Shown one piece after another: positions 13,508-21,681 of a stretch of 60,958 nt of DNA. The DNA comes from Candidatus Nomurabacteria bacterium. Lineage in GTDB: Bacteria; Patescibacteriota; Minisyncoccia; Phycocordibacterales; UBA9973. The stretch is taken from positions 1 through 60,958 of the forward strand of contig JACPXJ010000045.1 in NCBI GenBank assembly GCA_016196605.1, in the 5' to 3' direction. Position 1 is the stretch's first letter. Each line of letters starts with the position of its first letter. The notes beneath the pieces were generated by a model. That model was not told where the DNA came from. It was given only the letters and a program-made list of their open reading frames with translations, and did not search any database. Position numbers and translations under genes: made by a program.

Positions 13508-13541
13508 GTTTACTATACTGACGGCCGTCATTGTGGTAAAC
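13508..13541. promoter_or_regulatory. 34-nt palindromic site downstream of the PaaX-like gene and upstream of the ITPase gene
   Basis: gtttactat-actgacggccgtcatt-gtggtaaac. Inverted copy of 12870-12903. Confidence 0.5.
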
Positions 13542-13584
13542 ATTTTATATAAACATTTTGGTGTTATAATAAAGCTATAATACA

Positions 13585-14124
13585 ATGAAACCGAAACTTT
13601 TAATTGTCACAGGAAGTCCTTTCAAGTTTGGCGATTTGGCTTTGCGATTGAATGAGTTTTTTGATTGTGAGCAGAAGGAGTGGGATGAACACGAGATTCA
13701 GGGTGACCCAGAAGAAATTGTTAAACATAAAGCAAAAAGAGCTTATGAAAAGTTTAAACAGCCTGTGTTAGTAGACGATGTTTCAGTTTCGATCGGTGAA
13801 CTCAACGGTTTCCCGGGTCCGTATATGAAGGACTTCTGGAAATGTTTTACGCCTTATGAAATGGGAGTTAAATTTGCGGGTTCACGTGTGAGTGCAACTT
13901 GTTATTTAGGACTTTGCAGAGGAGAAGGAGATGTGTTGATAGCCGAAGGGATGCATGAAGGAAAAATAATTGCCCCTAAACACAATGAACATCAGGGTAG
14001 AAATTTTGAACTTTTCGTTCAGCTGGATGGTACTGATAAAGTAATGCTTGAGTTTACTCCAGAAGAACGAACGAAGTTTTCGCATCGCGGCAAGGCTATC
14101 AGAAATCTTCTAGAGATTCTTTAA
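13585..14124 (+). CDS. non-canonical purine NTP pyrophosphatase (Ham1/ITPase family)
   Basis: LLIVTGSPFKFGD, EIQGDPEEI, VDDVSV...LNGFPGPYMKDF, FSHRGKA. Confidence 0.85.
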   Translation: MKPKLLIVTGSPFKFGDLALRLNEFFDCEQKEWDEHEIQGDPEEIVKHKAKRAYEKFKQPVLVDDVSVSIGELNGFPGPYMKDFWKCFTPYEMGVKFAGSRVSATCYLGLCRGEGDVLIAEGMHEGKIIAPKHNEHQGRNFELFVQLDGTDKVMLEFTPEERTKFSHRGKAIRNLLEIL

Positions 14125-14151
14125 AAAGAGGCTAAGTGACTAATTTCTTAA

Positions 14152-14168
14152 TATATCATATATGATAG
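14152..14168. promoter_or_regulatory. palindrome tatatcatatatgatag, 3' flank of the yerC-like gene
   Basis: Core TATCATA|TATGATA. An identical 17-mer occurs at 14607-14623. Confidence 0.5.
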
Positions 14169-14199
14169 TCTAAAGAATTTGATTTTTCCCTAGATTTTA

Positions 14200-14589
14200 C
14201 TATTTATAAAGGAATTTCCACCTTCCTCGACCAGCGCGGGGAGGCAGTCCAGCCCTTAAAATTTTCTCTAAGATTGTCCATATGTTTTGATTCTTGATCA
14301 TTTTTAAAAGAGAAGAGTATCGTCCTTTCTCATATTTAACAGACATTCTTGAGATGGTAGATGGGCTCATAAGAAGTGCTTCAGAAATGTAGGAAGTCGG
14401 AACATTCTGCGATAATAGATAAATTGCAGCAAACCTTTTTGCTAGCATAATTTTCTCCGTGTGGGTTAGAAAATCATTCAAGAAAAATTTTACAGATTTC
14501 TTGCTTGATTTTTCAAGGGCAATACTAAATTCATTGTAAAGTTTCTGTAAGTGCTCCGTTTTTAATTTTTTGGAGGATACGTGTGGCAT
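14200..14589 (-). CDS. TrpR-like YerC/YecD-family DNA-binding protein
   Basis: LTHTEKIMLAKRFAAIYLL...SYISEALLMSPSTISRMS HTH pattern. Paralogue of 21180-21593. Confidence 0.75.
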   Translation of the reverse strand: MPHVSSKKLKTEHLQKLYNEFSIALEKSSKKSVKFFLNDFLTHTEKIMLAKRFAAIYLLSQNVPTSYISEALLMSPSTISRMSVKYEKGRYSSLLKMIKNQNIWTILEKILRAGLPPRAGRGRWKFLYK

Positions 14590-14606
14590 AAAAGCTTACT
14601 TATTAG

Positions 14607-14623
14607 TATATCATATATGATAG
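14607..14623. promoter_or_regulatory. palindrome tatatcatatatgatag, 5' flank (promoter region) of the yerC-like gene
   Basis: Identical 17-mer about 20 nt upstream of the start codon at 14589. Confidence 0.5.
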
Positions 14624-14659
14624 ATTAAGAAAAATAAAAAGGTGATAAAATGCGCCGAT

Positions 14660-15115
14660 TTACTTTTTAGGAGAATCGTCACTATCTCGCTCTATTCCTA
14701 AATCCTTTTCTACCTCTTTGATTACCTTATCTATTTCCTTTTTTCGATTTTCTCTCCCTTGTTCAATATCCATTTCATGATCTGTGCTCGCTGCGTATAA
14801 CTCGAGAGTAACCATTTTATTTTCTAGTGCTTTTAACCAAGGGGCATCTTTTGAAATTCTTTTTGCCTTCAATAAACCACGAACATCTTTTATAAGTCTT
14901 GAAAATGCAAAAGAGGATTCATTATTTAGTCTAAGCATGTTAAGCATAGAATTTTCACCACGATCTAAAATTCTGGCTATGTTTTCTGCAGCGAATCCTC
15001 TATCAATTTCATCGTCAGCTGTGATAAATGGACTAACTAAATTTTTCACATTGTCCCAATAATGAGAGGATTCTAATGGATTGCCGCTATTTCCTTTTTC
15101 CATTTTGTTTCTCAT
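14660..15115 (-). CDS. hypothetical protein (immediately downstream of thrS)
   Basis: ORF only. Abuts the thrS stop. Confidence 0.4.
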   Translation of the reverse strand: MRNKMEKGNSGNPLESSHYWDNVKNLVSPFITADDEIDRGFAAENIARILDRGENSMLNMLRLNNESSFAFSRLIKDVRGLLKAKRISKDAPWLKALENKMVTLELYAASTDHEMDIEQGRENRKKEIDKVIKEVEKDLGIERDSDDSPKK

Positions 15116-16867
15116 TTAATTCTTATTCTTTATTTCCTCTGAAAGTTTTTTCAAAAGTTCTTCTTTTGACATTTGGCCGAGGTTGCCATTGTCTCTCGAT
15201 TCCAGAGTTATTTTTTTAGCTTCTATTTCTTTGTTACCTATAACTACCCAGTAGGGGATCTTGTTATTTTTTGCATCACGGACTTTAGTGCCGAGGTTTA
15301 GGTCTGCAGTATCAAACTCCGCTCGGATATTGTTTTCTTTCAAGATTTCAAAAACTTCTTTTGCATATTCATTATGCTGTTCGCGGACAGGAATTACTTT
15401 TACTTGTACTGGCGAGAGCCAAAGAGGGAAGGCTCCAGCAGTATGTTCGATCAAAACAGCCAGGAATCTTTCAATTGATCCCATAATTGCTGCGTGTATC
15501 ATAACAATGCGTTCCTGTGCACCTTTTTCGTTGATACAAAAAAGATCGAATCTCTCTGGTTGATTCATATCGAGTTGTATTGTGGCCACTTGGTGTTCTC
15601 GGCCGATAGCATCCTTTGCCATGAAGTCTATCTTTGGTCCGTAAAAAGCGGCTTCGCCGGGAGCTTCGATGGCCTCTTCTCCATTTTGTTTTATTATTTT
15701 TCGTAAAGCATCTTCAGAATTTTGCCAGATTTCTTCCGTTCCTAAATACGCTTTCATATTTTTGGGATCATGGAGAGAGAGACGCGGTTTCAAAATAAAT
15801 CCAAATGTTCCGTAAAATGTTTTAACAATGTTATAAATTTTCCCCATCTCTTCGTTTGATTGGGATAATCGGCAATACACATGGGCATCGTCCTGAGTGA
15901 TAGATCGTACGCGAGAAAGTCCGGAAAGTTCTCCCGTCTGTTCATCGCGATAGACTTTGGTGGTGGCAGCGTATCTTTGCGGAAGCTCTCGGTAGCTCCA
16001 CTGATGCCTGTTGTATATCTGGCAGTGATGCGGGCAGTTCATCGGCTTCATCGCAAAAATATGTCCTTCACGAGTGTTTACCTTAAACAAATCGTCTTTA
16101 AATTTTTCCCAATGTCCCGACGTTTCATAAAGCTCCTTTTTGGTAATGTGGGGGATGTCTACTCGCTCATAACCGGCAACTTTGCGGAGTTCCCAGACGA
16201 AACCGTCCAGGAGATCCCGCACCATTGTGCCTTTAGGAGTAAAAAGGGGAAGGCCGGCTCCGACAAGATCAGAAAAAGTAAACAAGTCTAATTCTTTTCC
16301 TAATTTCTTATGATCTCTTTTTTCGGCCTCCTCACGTTGAGTTATATACGCATCAAGTTCTTCTTTTGTATTGAAGGCAAGTCCATAAATGCGGGTGAGC
16401 ATTTTGTTTTTCTCGTCTCCGCGCCAGTAAGCTCCAGCGACTCGGTCTAGTTTGAAGCTATCAGGAGCGATTTCCTTACTTGGATTTTCCACGTGTCCGC
16501 CTCTGCAGAGATCGGTGAATTTTCCACAAGTGTATGCGGTTATCTTCTCTCTTCGTCCAGCGATTTCATTTATTAGTTCTGCTTTATACTCATTTTTGAA
16601 AAACTGGAGAGCCTCGTCCTTTTTCAGTTTTTTGTATTCCCATTCGGTCCATTTCGGCAGGATTTTTCGCATTCTATCTTCTATCTTCTTTAAATCTGTA
16701 TCCGCTACTTTCTCTCCACCAAAATCAATATCATAATAAAAGCCATTATCTATGGCTGGACCTAGGGTGAGTTTAATCTTGTCGAACTTGTATATTTCTC
16801 CAACCGCCGCCGCGAGCAGATGAGCCAAAGTATGCCTGATATTCCCGAGATTATCTCCTTTTTCCAT
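15116..16867 (-). CDS. thrS: threonyl-tRNA synthetase (lacks the N-terminal TGS domain)
   Basis: Starts in the editing/SAD domain (HTLAHLLAAAV...GPAIDNGFYYD). Class II motifs and an anticodon-binding C-terminus follow. Confidence 0.95.
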   Translation of the reverse strand: MEKGDNLGNIRHTLAHLLAAAVGEIYKFDKIKLTLGPAIDNGFYYDIDFGGEKVADTDLKKIEDRMRKILPKWTEWEYKKLKKDEALQFFKNEYKAELINEIAGRREKITAYTCGKFTDLCRGGHVENPSKEIAPDSFKLDRVAGAYWRGDEKNKMLTRIYGLAFNTKEELDAYITQREEAEKRDHKKLGKELDLFTFSDLVGAGLPLFTPKGTMVRDLLDGFVWELRKVAGYERVDIPHITKKELYETSGHWEKFKDDLFKVNTREGHIFAMKPMNCPHHCQIYNRHQWSYRELPQRYAATTKVYRDEQTGELSGLSRVRSITQDDAHVYCRLSQSNEEMGKIYNIVKTFYGTFGFILKPRLSLHDPKNMKAYLGTEEIWQNSEDALRKIIKQNGEEAIEAPGEAAFYGPKIDFMAKDAIGREHQVATIQLDMNQPERFDLFCINEKGAQERIVMIHAAIMGSIERFLAVLIEHTAGAFPLWLSPVQVKVIPVREQHNEYAKEVFEILKENNIRAEFDTADLNLGTKVRDAKNNKIPYWVVIGNKEIEAKKITLESRDNGNLGQMSKEELLKKLSEEIKNKN

Positions 16868-16960
16868 ATTTCACATCATAACATATTATTTTTTATTCTG
16901 AAGTCGCTGATTCTTTTTGTGAATTGCTTTTAGTATTTATTATGCTAGTATGAGCCCATT

Positions 16961-17185
16961 ATGGTAGTACGAATGAGAAGTACAAGGTCGCATACGGGGA
17001 ACAGGCGATCGCATCACGCGCTCGATAGCACCAGTTTTTCAAAGTGCGAAAATTGCAAAGGGCTGAAGAGGCGTCATACAGTGTGCGCATCCTGCGGTTT
17101 TTACCGTGGGAAAAAAGTAGTGGATTTGGTAAAAAAGATGGAGAAAAAGCAAAAGAAAGAAAAAGCAGCTCTAGCAAAGAGCTAG
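16961..17185 (+). CDS. rpmF: 50S ribosomal protein L32
   Basis: MRSTRSHTGNRRSHHAL...CENCKGLKRRHTVCASCGFYRGKKV. Confidence 0.85.
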   Translation: MVVRMRSTRSHTGNRRSHHALDSTSFSKCENCKGLKRRHTVCASCGFYRGKKVVDLVKKMEKKQKKEKAALAKS

Positions 17186-17272
17186 TTATAAAGTAGAAAG
17201 TTATAAAGTTTGTAAAGTTGAAGAGGATTTCGAATTTCTTTTAACTTTATGAACTTTACAACTTTGAACTAA
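17184..17272. repeat. T array: tandem nTAAAGTT units followed by inverted AACTTTAn units
   Basis: gttataaagtagaaagttataaagtttgtaaagtt ... aactttatgaactttacaactttgaact, between rpmF and nusB. Confidence 0.7.
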
Positions 17273-17275
17273 CGT

Positions 17276-18226
17276 ATGGCAAACAGGCACCTTTCAAGAT
17301 CTATAGTTCTCCAGACTCTCTTCGAGTGGGATTTTCTGCCTGCAGAAAAGAAAGATGCGGCAAAGAGCAGCGAGGAAATAAAAGAAGCTTTAAAAAGAAA
17401 CTTGAAGGAATTTGCCCCCGGTTTGGAGGATGATAATTTTGTTTTCTCTCTTCTTGAGTTGATTTTAAAAAAGCGTGTTACTGTTGATGAGATCATCGAG
17501 AAAGCGGCGCCGGACTGGCCGATTGACAAGATATCTGTCGTTGACCGCAATATTCTCCGGCTCGGACTAACGGAACTCCTTTTCGGCGATCGGAAGGAAG
17601 TGCCTCCGAAAGTAGCGATTAATGAAGCTATTGAACTGGCAAAAACTTTTGGCGGGGAAAATTCTGGCAAATTCGTAAACGGGGTGCTCGGAGCGGTTTA
17701 CAAAGAGATAGGCGAGCCGGATAAAGAGCATCAGAAGACCGATAAAAAAAGAAGTCCGGGTGAGCATGAAAAACCAGTAGACATTAGTAAACTGCCGGTG
17801 GAAAATCTTGGCGGCGCTTTGGTTTATGTGAAAAAGGCCGATTCTTCCTCCGGAATTTTGTTTGCGCTGGTACACGATGTCTTCGGTTACTGGACTCTTT
17901 CTAAAGGGAAAATTGAAGCAGGCGCTGATACAGAAGAAGGAACGGTAAAAGCGATCAAAAAGGAAATCGGACTTGATATAAAAATAGAAGAAAGACTAGG
18001 AACTAATGAATATGTGGCTACCCACCCAGAAAAGGGCAAGAGTTTGAAGAAGGTTGTTTATTTTCTGGCCTCGACTGATTACAAAGAGCTCCAGCTGGAA
18101 AAGTCCGGCGGGCTGGATGGTGCCAGATGGTTCGAAATGTCTGAGATTCCCGAGCTTCGAATCTATAATGATATCATTCCGCTCATAGGAAAGGCGGTAG
18201 AAATAATAAGTAGTAGAAAATTATAA
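17276..18226 (+). CDS. nusB: NusB fused to a C-terminal Nudix-fold domain with a degenerate Nudix box
   Basis: NusB part ([14 protein letters not shown]...[28 protein letters not shown]). C-terminal [23 protein letters not shown] aligns with GX5EX7REUXEEXGU but lacks several of the acidic residues. Confidence 0.8.
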   Translation: MANRHLSRSIVLQTLFEWDFLPAEKKDAAKSSEEIKEALKRNLKEFAPGLEDDNFVFSLLELILKKRVTVDEIIEKAAPDWPIDKISVVDRNILRLGLTELLFGDRKEVPPKVAINEAIELAKTFGGENSGKFVNGVLGAVYKEIGEPDKEHQKTDKKRSPGEHEKPVDISKLPVENLGGALVYVKKADSSSGILFALVHDVFGYWTLSKGKIEAGADTEEGTVKAIKKEIGLDIKIEERLGTNEYVATHPEKGKSLKKVVYFLASTDYKELQLEKSGGLDGARWFEMSEIPELRIYNDIIPLIGKAVEIISSRKL

Positions 18227-18246
18227 ACTTCATAAAGTTATAAAGA
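18221..18246. repeat. T array, short copy between nusB and rnc
   Basis: ttataaacttcataaagttataaag. Confidence 0.5.
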
Positions 18247-18252
18247 AACCAT

Positions 18253-18948
18253 ATGATAAACTTAGGAGACTTTGAGAAAAAAATTAAAATAACTTTTAAA
18301 AATAAAAGTCTTTTGGAGCAGGCTTTTATTCATTGTTCTTACATAAATGAAAATCCGGGCGTCAAACTATCACATAACGAAAGGCTTGAGTTTCTCGGCG
18401 ACGCTGTTCTCGAATTGGTGGTTACGGATTTCCTTTACAAAAAGTATCCCTCTTACACTGAAGGGGAGCTGACATCGCTCCGTTCTGCTTTAGTCAATGC
18501 GGTGATTATCGCCTCGGCGGCCTCCAAAATAGGCATGAATGATTACCTTCTTTTATCGAAAGGCGAGGCGAAAGACAACGGCAAGGCGCGCCAGTACATT
18601 TTGGCAAATACATTCGAGGCGTATGTCGGCGCCCTGTATATCGATCAGGGGCTTCCCGCGACGGAGCAATTCATACACAAGTACCTTTTGCCAAAAACGG
18701 AAGAGATAGTTTCCAAAAAACTCTGGCGCGACGCGAAATCCTTGATTCAGGAAAAAGCGCAGGAATTCGTGAATGTTACGCCGGCGTACAAGGTGCTCTC
18801 CGAATCAGGTCCCGATCACGACAAGCATTTTACGGTTGGTATTTTCTTCGGAACGAGCAAGATTGCCGAAGGTAAAGGACAGTCAAAACAGGAGGCGGAA
18901 CAGAAGGCGGCCGAGGCAGCCCTAAAGGAAAAGAATTGGCTAGATTAA
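18253..18948 (+). CDS. rnc: ribonuclease III
   Basis: NERLEFLGDAVL signature and a C-terminal dsRBD (GPDHDKHFTVGIF...GKGQSKQEAEQKAA). Confidence 0.93.
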   Translation: MINLGDFEKKIKITFKNKSLLEQAFIHCSYINENPGVKLSHNERLEFLGDAVLELVVTDFLYKKYPSYTEGELTSLRSALVNAVIIASAASKIGMNDYLLLSKGEAKDNGKARQYILANTFEAYVGALYIDQGLPATEQFIHKYLLPKTEEIVSKKLWRDAKSLIQEKAQEFVNVTPAYKVLSESGPDHDKHFTVGIFFGTSKIAEGKGQSKQEAEQKAAEAALKEKNWLD

Positions 18949-18949
18949 T

Positions 18950-21112
18950 ATGCGGCTGAAAACTCTTGAATTAAACGGTTTCAAATCTTTTGCTCAAAAA
19001 ACCGTTTTGGAGTTTGATGAAGCAATAGTCGCGGTGGTAGGCCCGAATGGCTCCGGGAAATCTAATGTTGTTGAAGCCATCCGTTATGTCTTGGGGGAGC
19101 AGTCGATGAAATCCATGCGCGGAAAATCCGGTTCCGACCTGATCTTTAAGGGTTCAAAAACATTGCCGAAAGCATCGAAGGCGTCCGTCGCCATATATTT
19201 TGACAATTCTGACAAGATTTTCAAGCTGGGAGGCAGCGACGGCGAAAATATTAATTTAAACTATGAAACCATTGCCATCTCTAGAGAGGTTTTTTCCGAT
19301 GACCTTAATAAATATATTTTAAACGGCTCGGAGGTCCGCCTGAAAGACATCCATAATCTTTTAGCTTCGGTGAATATCGGATCGAGCGGACATCACATCA
19401 TTTCGCAGGGTGAGGCGGATAGGATTTTGAATGCGAATATCACTCTACGCCGGGAAATGGTAGAGGACGCTCTCGGGCTCAAAATTTACCAGTATAAGAT
19501 AAAAGACAGCGCTCGAAAGCTGGAACGGACAGAAGAAAATATGAAGGAGGCAACTCTTCTTCGCAGGGAGAACGCTCCTCATCTGAATTTTTTAAGGAAA
19601 CAAGTGGAGAAATTTGAAAAGGGAAAAGCTATGCAGGCGGAGCTGCTCGCGCTCTACCGCGAATATCTTTACAAAGAGAGCGTTTTCTTGGAAAAAGAAA
19701 AAGAGAATCTAAAAGGAGAAAAAGAAAAAATAGGGCACGAGCTTAAAATTTTGGCAGGAAAAATAAGTTATTCTGGCGGTGAATCTCAAAAGGGCAATAA
19801 GAAAATAGAAGAACTCCGGACGGCAGAGAAGAAAATTAATGAAATTCAAGGGCAAAGGGGGGAGCTGGAGAGGAAGCTCGGCAGAATCGAGGGCATGATC
19901 GAAGCCAAGGAGAGTAGGTTTAGAATCGGCAATATTTGCCCGACTTGCGGCAGAGAGCTCCGTGATATCAAGAATGACGGCTTGGAAACCGCGGCTAACA
20001 GTGAAAAAGAAGTTGCGGAGCTGAAGAATTCCCAGGCCAGCATTCTGGCAGAGATGACAAGGATAGGCAGTGAGGAAAAAAGTCTAGCCGGCGCGATTGA
20101 AAAACTCAAAGAAGATTTAAATAAAGAGGCGGAAGCCTTGCGAGACCTAGAGCGAGAAAAGTTTACATACAGGGTGCGCCATCAGGAGCTTACTTCCGCG
20201 CTTGAACTCGTAAACATCAAGGAAACAAATCTGAAAGCCAGAATGGAAAATTTTGCCAACGAAATAAAAGAAGGCGTGGCCCTCGTTGGGCAGGACATCC
20301 TATCCTACAAGAATCAATCCGCGGACGCCTTGCTTCCGCAAGATGGCGGAAGCAAGGCGTCCGCAACAACCCAAGAGGAATTAAAGAAGAAAATTGATCG
20401 CATCAAGATAAAATTAGAGGACGCTGGCCTCGGGAGCGGCGCGGAGATCATGAAAGAATATAAGGAAACGAGCGAGAGGGATGCATTTTTAGAAAGAGAG
20501 CTCGACGACCTTGCGAAAAGTTTAGAAGCACTCAAGAAGCTTATCGCCGACCTGAAGGAAAAAATAGATCAGGAATTCAAAGAAGGCGTTAAAAAAATAA
20601 ATGTAGAATTTCAAGAGTTCTTCTCGCTTATGTTCGGAGGCGGAACCGGGGCTCTTTCGATCGTCCTTCCGAAAAAGAAGAACAGGCGGGAAAAGGTCGA
20701 ACCTTTAGAGAGTGCAAGGTTCGACTTTGAGGAGCCCGAAGAAGACGTGCCGGAAGAAGAAGGAATAGAGATCAATGTTTCCTTGCCTCATAAAAAAGTC
20801 AAAGAACTTCACGCGCTCTCCGGCGGCGAGCGGTCGCTCACATCCATTGCCCTTCTTTTTGCCATGTCGCAGGTTAATCCGCCGCCGTTTTTAGTCTTAG
20901 ACGAGACGGATGCGGCGCTCGACGAGGCAAACTCCCGCAAATACGGGGACATGCTGGAAAAACTCTCCAAGCACTCGGAGCTTATCGTGGTTACCCACAA
21001 CCGTGAGACCATGTCCCGCGCTGGCGTTCTATATGGAGTGACCGTAGGTTCAAACGGCGCTTCCAAGCTTCTGTCCGTCAAATTCGAAGAAGCCACCCAA
21101 ATTGCCAAATAA
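18950..21112 (+). CDS. smc: short SMC-like ATPase (720 aa) with a central CxxC instead of a recognisable hinge
   Basis: SMC-type N-terminal head (GFKSFA...VVGPNGSGKSNVVEAIRYVLGEQS), C-terminal LSGGERSLTSIALLFAM...LVLDETDAALD, coiled coil between them, and CPTC at 19937-19948. Confidence 0.85.
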   Translation: MRLKTLELNGFKSFAQKTVLEFDEAIVAVVGPNGSGKSNVVEAIRYVLGEQSMKSMRGKSGSDLIFKGSKTLPKASKASVAIYFDNSDKIFKLGGSDGENINLNYETIAISREVFSDDLNKYILNGSEVRLKDIHNLLASVNIGSSGHHIISQGEADRILNANITLRREMVEDALGLKIYQYKIKDSARKLERTEENMKEATLLRRENAPHLNFLRKQVEKFEKGKAMQAELLALYREYLYKESVFLEKEKENLKGEKEKIGHELKILAGKISYSGGESQKGNKKIEELRTAEKKINEIQGQRGELERKLGRIEGMIEAKESRFRIGNICPTCGRELRDIKNDGLETAANSEKEVAELKNSQASILAEMTRIGSEEKSLAGAIEKLKEDLNKEAEALRDLEREKFTYRVRHQELTSALELVNIKETNLKARMENFANEIKEGVALVGQDILSYKNQSADALLPQDGGSKASATTQEELKKKIDRIKIKLEDAGLGSGAEIMKEYKETSERDAFLERELDDLAKSLEALKKLIADLKEKIDQEFKEGVKKINVEFQEFFSLMFGGGTGALSIVLPKKKNRREKVEPLESARFDFEEPEEDVPEEEGIEINVSLPHKKVKELHALSGGERSLTSIALLFAMSQVNPPPFLVLDETDAALDEANSRKYGDMLEKLSKHSELIVVTHNRETMSRAGVLYGVTVGSNGASKLLSVKFEEATQIAK
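20693..20728. repeat. Q element, in-frame in smc
   Basis: aaggtcgaaccttt-agagagtgc-aaggttcgacttt. Translated as KVEPLESARFDFE. Confidence 0.75.
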
Positions 21113-21145
21113 AAGGTCGTACAATAATCAATAATCAGGTATTGC

Positions 21146-21171
21146 TATACATCGATATATCGAAGTATAAT
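21146..21171. promoter_or_regulatory. palindrome TCGATATATCGA plus TATAAT, 5' flank of the second yerC-like gene
   Basis: tatacatcgatatatcgaagtataat. The TATAAT ends 8 nt before the ATG at 21180. Confidence 0.55.
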
Positions 21172-21179
21172 GAAAAAGT

Positions 21180-21593
21180 ATGTCACATGTATCGGGAAAA
21201 AAATTAAAAAGAAAGACTTGGGATAGAATTTCTAAGAAGCTCATTAAAACTTTTGAGGATGCAGGGAAGGATGGGCTACCTTCATTCCTAAATGAGCTTT
21301 TTACTAATACAGAAAAGAAAATGCTTTCCAAGCGCCTAGCCATAATAATTTTACTTCATAAAGAAATTCCTCAACACCGAATCGCTGAAATGCTGCATGT
21401 TAGTTCTTCCACAGTTACTAGAATGTCGTTAAATATTGAGATTGGTAAATATAACTCAATTTTGAAGGTAGTTGGTCGCAGAAAAGGGGAGTTGGTAGGT
21501 TTAATAGAATATATTCTCACAGTTGGTGGAACCATATCTCACCGAGCAGGTCGTGGTCGTTGGACGAGAATTTTCAAAGATCTTAATGGATAA
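21180..21593 (+). CDS. TrpR-like YerC/YecD-family DNA-binding protein
   Basis: FTNTEKKMLSKRLAIIILL...HRIAEMLHVSSSTVTRMS...AGRGRW. Paralogue of 14200-14589. Confidence 0.75.
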   Translation: MSHVSGKKLKRKTWDRISKKLIKTFEDAGKDGLPSFLNELFTNTEKKMLSKRLAIIILLHKEIPQHRIAEMLHVSSSTVTRMSLNIEIGKYNSILKVVGRRKGELVGLIEYILTVGGTISHRAGRGRWTRIFKDLNG

Positions 21594-21616
21594 CTCTAAC
21601 AAACAATGTTAATTCT

Positions 21617-21642
21617 TATACCTCGATATATCGCTATATAAT
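21617..21642. promoter_or_regulatory. second copy of the TCGATATATCG palindrome plus TATAAT, 3' flank of the yerC-like gene
   Basis: tatacctcgatatatcgctatataat. Confidence 0.5.
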
Positions 21643-21681
21643 AAAAGATGACTAATATCAGGCAATGCTTGTCCTTGTGTT

